Shown here piece after piece: positions 59,936 to 64,000 of a stretch of 64,000 bases of DNA. This DNA is from the human T2T-CHM13v2.0 reference genome, Homo sapiens. The notes under the pieces are model-generated. The model did no database searches. It saw only the letters and a list, made by a program, of their open reading frames with translations, and was not told the DNA's origin. The stretch lies in NCBI RefSeq assembly GCF_009914755.1, contig NC_060927.1. The stretch is one strand, 5' to 3'. Position 1 is the first letter of the stretch, and each line of letters opens with the position of its first letter. Made by a program: the position numbers and the translations under genes.

Positions 59936-60348
59936 TAATGGAATATATATATATATATATATGAAGGAGTTTATTAAGTATTAACTTATAGGGTCACAAA
60001 GTTCCCAAATAGGCTGTCTGCAGACTTAGGAGCAAGGAGAGGCAGTCTGAGTTCCAAAACTGAAAAACTTAGAGTCTGATGTTGGAAGGCAGGAAGCATC
60101 CAGCACAGGAGAAAGACGTAGGCTAGGAGGCTAGGCCAGTCTCTCTTTTCACATTTTTCTGCCTGCTTATGTTCTAGCTGTGCCAGCAGCTGATTAGATT
60201 GTATCCACCCAGATTAAGGGTGGATGTGCCTTTCCCAGCCCACTGACTCAAATATCAAACTTTTGGCAACACCCTCAAAGACACACCTAGGATCAATACT
60301 TCGTAACTTTCAATCCAATCAAGTTGACGCTCAGTATTAACCATCACA
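59836..60348 (-). mobile_element. MLT2A1 LTR (5' LTR of the HERV-L) with an internal TA/CA microsatellite
   Basis: tgtatt...aaccatcaca termini; gagttccaaaactgaa and gtaggctaggaggctaggccagtctctc match recalled MLT2A1 rather than MLT2A2. Confidence 0.85.
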
Positions 60349-60492
60349 CTTTCTAATAGTATGCTATATATTCTAGATGCAAATTCCTTATCAGCTATGT
60401 GGTTTGCAAATGTTATCTCCCATTCTATGAATTGCTTTTTAACTTTCATGATGGTAGCATTTTAATCATAAATATTTTAAATATTGATTTAG

Positions 60493-60864
<372 letters not shown>

Positions 60865-62114
60865 CGCCTATGTTTTTTTTAAGTGTTTCATAGTTTTAGT
60901 TCTTGTATTTATAATTATGATTCATTTTGAGTTAATTTTTGCGTTTGGTGCATAATAGGGATTCAAATTTATTCTTTTGTGTATGCATATTTAGCTATCC
61001 CATCATCATTTTTTGAAAAGATAATTTGTTTTCCATTTCATTGTTTCACCTTAGTAGAAAATCAAGTGACTACAAATATGTGAGTTTATTTGTGGATTTT
61101 AAATTTTATTCATTGATCTATATGCCTACCTTAATGTGATTATCATCACACTATCATGAATATTGTACTGTTTTAGTGAGTTTTGAAATAGGGAAGTTAT
61201 TCAACTTTGCTCTTTTTTTTAAATTGTTTTGACTATTCTGTTTCCCTTGCATTTCCATATGAATTTTAGGATCAGCTTGCCAATTTCTGTGAAAAATCCT
61301 GCTAGGACTTATTAAGGATTGCATTGAATCTATAGATCAACTTGGTTGGTACTGCCATCTTAACAACATTAAATTTTCCAATTCATAAACAATGAATGTA
61401 TTTCTATTTATTTAGACTTTTTAATTTTATTCAGCATGCTTAGTAGTTTTCAATGTATAAATCTTTATCTGGTTTGTTAAATTTACTAAATATATCCTTT
61501 ATTATGCTATTTTAAATAAAAAGGCTTTCTTGCTTTTATTTTCAGATTGTTAGTTACTCATATATAAAACTACAATTGATTTTTGTATATCCATGTTTTC
61601 TCTTGCAAACTTGCCAGATGTGTTTATTAGTTCTGATATTTTCTAGGATGTGTTTAAGGATTTGTTACATGCAAGACTATGTCAACTGCAAGCAAAAATA
61701 CTTTATTTCTTGCTTTGCACTCTGGATGTTTTTAAATTCTTTCTCTTGCATAGTGCTCTAACTAGAATCAATTGCAATATTAAATAAAAATGACAAGACT
61801 AGACATCCTCATTTTTTTCTCAATCTTAGGAAGCATTCAGTTTTTAAATATTAAAAATACTCTAGCTGTGGCCTCATCATCGATGTTCTATATGAGATAC
61901 AGAAAGTTTTTCTGTATTTCTATTTTGTTGAGTGTTTTCATCATGAAATGCTGTTGGGTTTCATTAAATACTTTTTCTGTGTTCATTAATATGACCAGGT
62001 ATTTTTGTCCTTTCTGTTATATGGTATATTAATGGATTGATTTTCAGATGTTAACAAATTTTGTAACCCTGAGATAAATCACACTTAATCATGACCTATA
62101 ATCCTGTCTATACA

Positions 62115-62477
62115 TGTATTTGTCCATTTTCTTACTGCTATGAAGAAATACTTGAGACTGGGTAATTTATAAAGAAAAAAGAGATTTAATGGGCTTACAT
62201 TTCCACATGGCTGGGGACACCTCACAGTCATGGTGTAAGGTGAAGGAGGAACAAAGGATGCCTTACATGCTGGCAGACAAGACAGTGTGTGCAGGGGAAC
62301 TGCCCTTTATAAAACCATCAGATCTCATGAGGCTATTCCCTATCACAAAAACAGCATGGGAAAAAAACACCACCATGATTCAATTACCTCTCACCAGTCC
62401 CCTCCCATGACACACGGGGATTATGGGAGCTACAGTTCAAGATGACATTTGGGTGGGAACACAGCCAAAGCACATCA
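62115..62477 (-). mobile_element. THE1B/C solo LTR
   Basis: tgtatttgtcc...cacatca termini; perfect TSD ataca at 62110-62114 and 62478-62482. Confidence 0.9.
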
Positions 62478-63344
62478 ATACATAACTGGGTTTGATTTAC
62501 TTCTTTTTAAATATTTTTTGTGTCTATATTTATAAGGGATAGTCTATTGAAATTTTTTTTTCTTCTGATGTCTTTATCTGGTTTTGGTATATAGGTAATA
62601 TTCACCTCACAGAATGATTTTAGAAGCTATCTGAAGGTGTTTTTTCTTGATAGGAAGTTATTTAAATAATATTCCATTTTCTTTACTCATTATAAGCCTA
62701 TTCAAAGCATCTATTTCTTACTGAGTCAATTTCATTAGTTTGTGTCTTTATAGGAATTTGTCTATTTCATCTAAGTTTTGGCACACAGTCGGTTATAGCA
62801 GTCCCTTAAAACCTTTCAATTTCTGAAAGGTTTGTAGTAATATTTTTTAATTCCTGATTTTAGTAATTTATTTCTTCTATTTCACTTACTCCAGCAAAAG
62901 TCTGTCAGTTTTGTTGATCTTTGCAATGAACTGACTTTTGGCTCTGTTTTTTCTATTGAGTTTTTAATCTCTCTTTCATTCATTAATACTCTTACCTGCT
63001 TGGTTTGAATATTATTTCCAATTCTCTTCTCTAGTTTCTTAATGTGGAAGGGTAGAAAATAATTGATTTGTGATCACTCTTCTTTCTTACTATGAGTCTA
63101 TAGCTATAAATTTCCCTCTGATCACTTGGTTAGCTACATGGCATAACTTTAATGTTTCATATCTTCCTTTGAGCCACTGGTTATTTAGTAGTATGCTGCT
63201 AAATTTCCACATATTCATGAATTTACAAATTACCTTTTGTTATTTATTTCACATTAATTCCATATTGACCAGAGAACATGTACTACATGATTTTAATTTT
63301 TTTAAATTTATTTATTAATTTTTGTGGTCTAGCATATGCCTTAT

Positions 63345-63997
63345 TGTATTAGTCCATTCTCAGGCTGCTATGAAGAAATACCTGCAACTGGGCAATTTAT
63401 AAAGAAGAGTTTTAATTGGCTCACAGTTTCACATGGCTGGAGAGGCCTCAGGAAGCTTACAGTTATGGCAGAATGCACCTCTTCACAGGATGGCAGGAGA
63501 CAGAAATGTAGACTGAAGGGAGGAAAAGCCCCTTATAAAACTGGCCAGATATGGTGGCTCACACCTGTAATCCCAGCACCTTAGGAGGATGAGGCAGGCA
63601 AATCACTTGAGCTCAAGAGTTAAAGACCAGCCTGGCCAACATTGGGAAACCCAGTCTCTACTAAAAATACAAAAAATTAGCTGGGTGTGGTGGCTCATGC
63701 CTGTGGTTCCAGCTACTCAGGAGACAGAGGCAGGAGAATTGCTTGAACCTGGGACACGGAGGTTGCAGTGAGCCTAGATCATGCCTGTGTACTCCAGCCT
63801 GTGTGACAGAATGAGACTCTGTCTCAAAAAACAAAAACAAAAACTATCAGATCTTGTGAGAACTCACTCACTATCATGAGAACAGTATGGGGAAACTGCC
63901 CTCATGATCTAATCACTTCACATGAAGTCCCTCCCAAACACGTGGGGATAGCAATTCAAGACGAAATTTTGAGTGGGGACACAGCCAAACCATATCC
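63345..63997 (-). mobile_element. THE1D/MSTA-like LTR containing an Alu
   Basis: tgtattagtccatt...gacacagccaaaccatatc. Confidence 0.85.
63543..63838 (+). mobile_element. AluS/J
   Basis: Full dimer with (AAAAAC)n tail; TSD aaaact. Confidence 0.9.
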
Positions 63998-64000
63998 CCT

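Overview
This is primate (human-like) nuclear DNA, AT-rich and dominated by interspersed repeats. I find no supportable host protein-coding exon, RNA gene or CRISPR array, and every ORF I can recognise comes from a transposon. Positions 3-27 kb form a nested LINE-1 stack: an old L1MC contains a near-full-length L1MA9, which contains an internally deleted L1MA1-3, an L1PA3 fragment, a 5'-inverted L1PA7/8, several Alus and a MER85; a MADE1 lies just downstream. Further right are a full THE1D-like MaLR provirus, old L1ME/L2/LTR debris with short unique stretches, a full MSTA-like provirus and a ~6 kb HERV-L with its MLT2A1 LTR. The most notable observations are: (i) the L1PA7/8 inversion fuses the ORF0 start and antisense-promoter region to the sense 3' half of the element; (ii) five separate fold-back, inversion or templated-insertion scars; (iii) a short L1 made of a 5' end joined to a 3' end; (iv) an exact 140-bp-period array in an old L1 5' UTR; (v) clustered DUX4-type motifs in ERVL/MaLR LTRs. 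None of these demonstrates a new biological system. They are unusual local instances of known mechanisms. Subfamily calls come from recalled consensus sequences, not from a database search.
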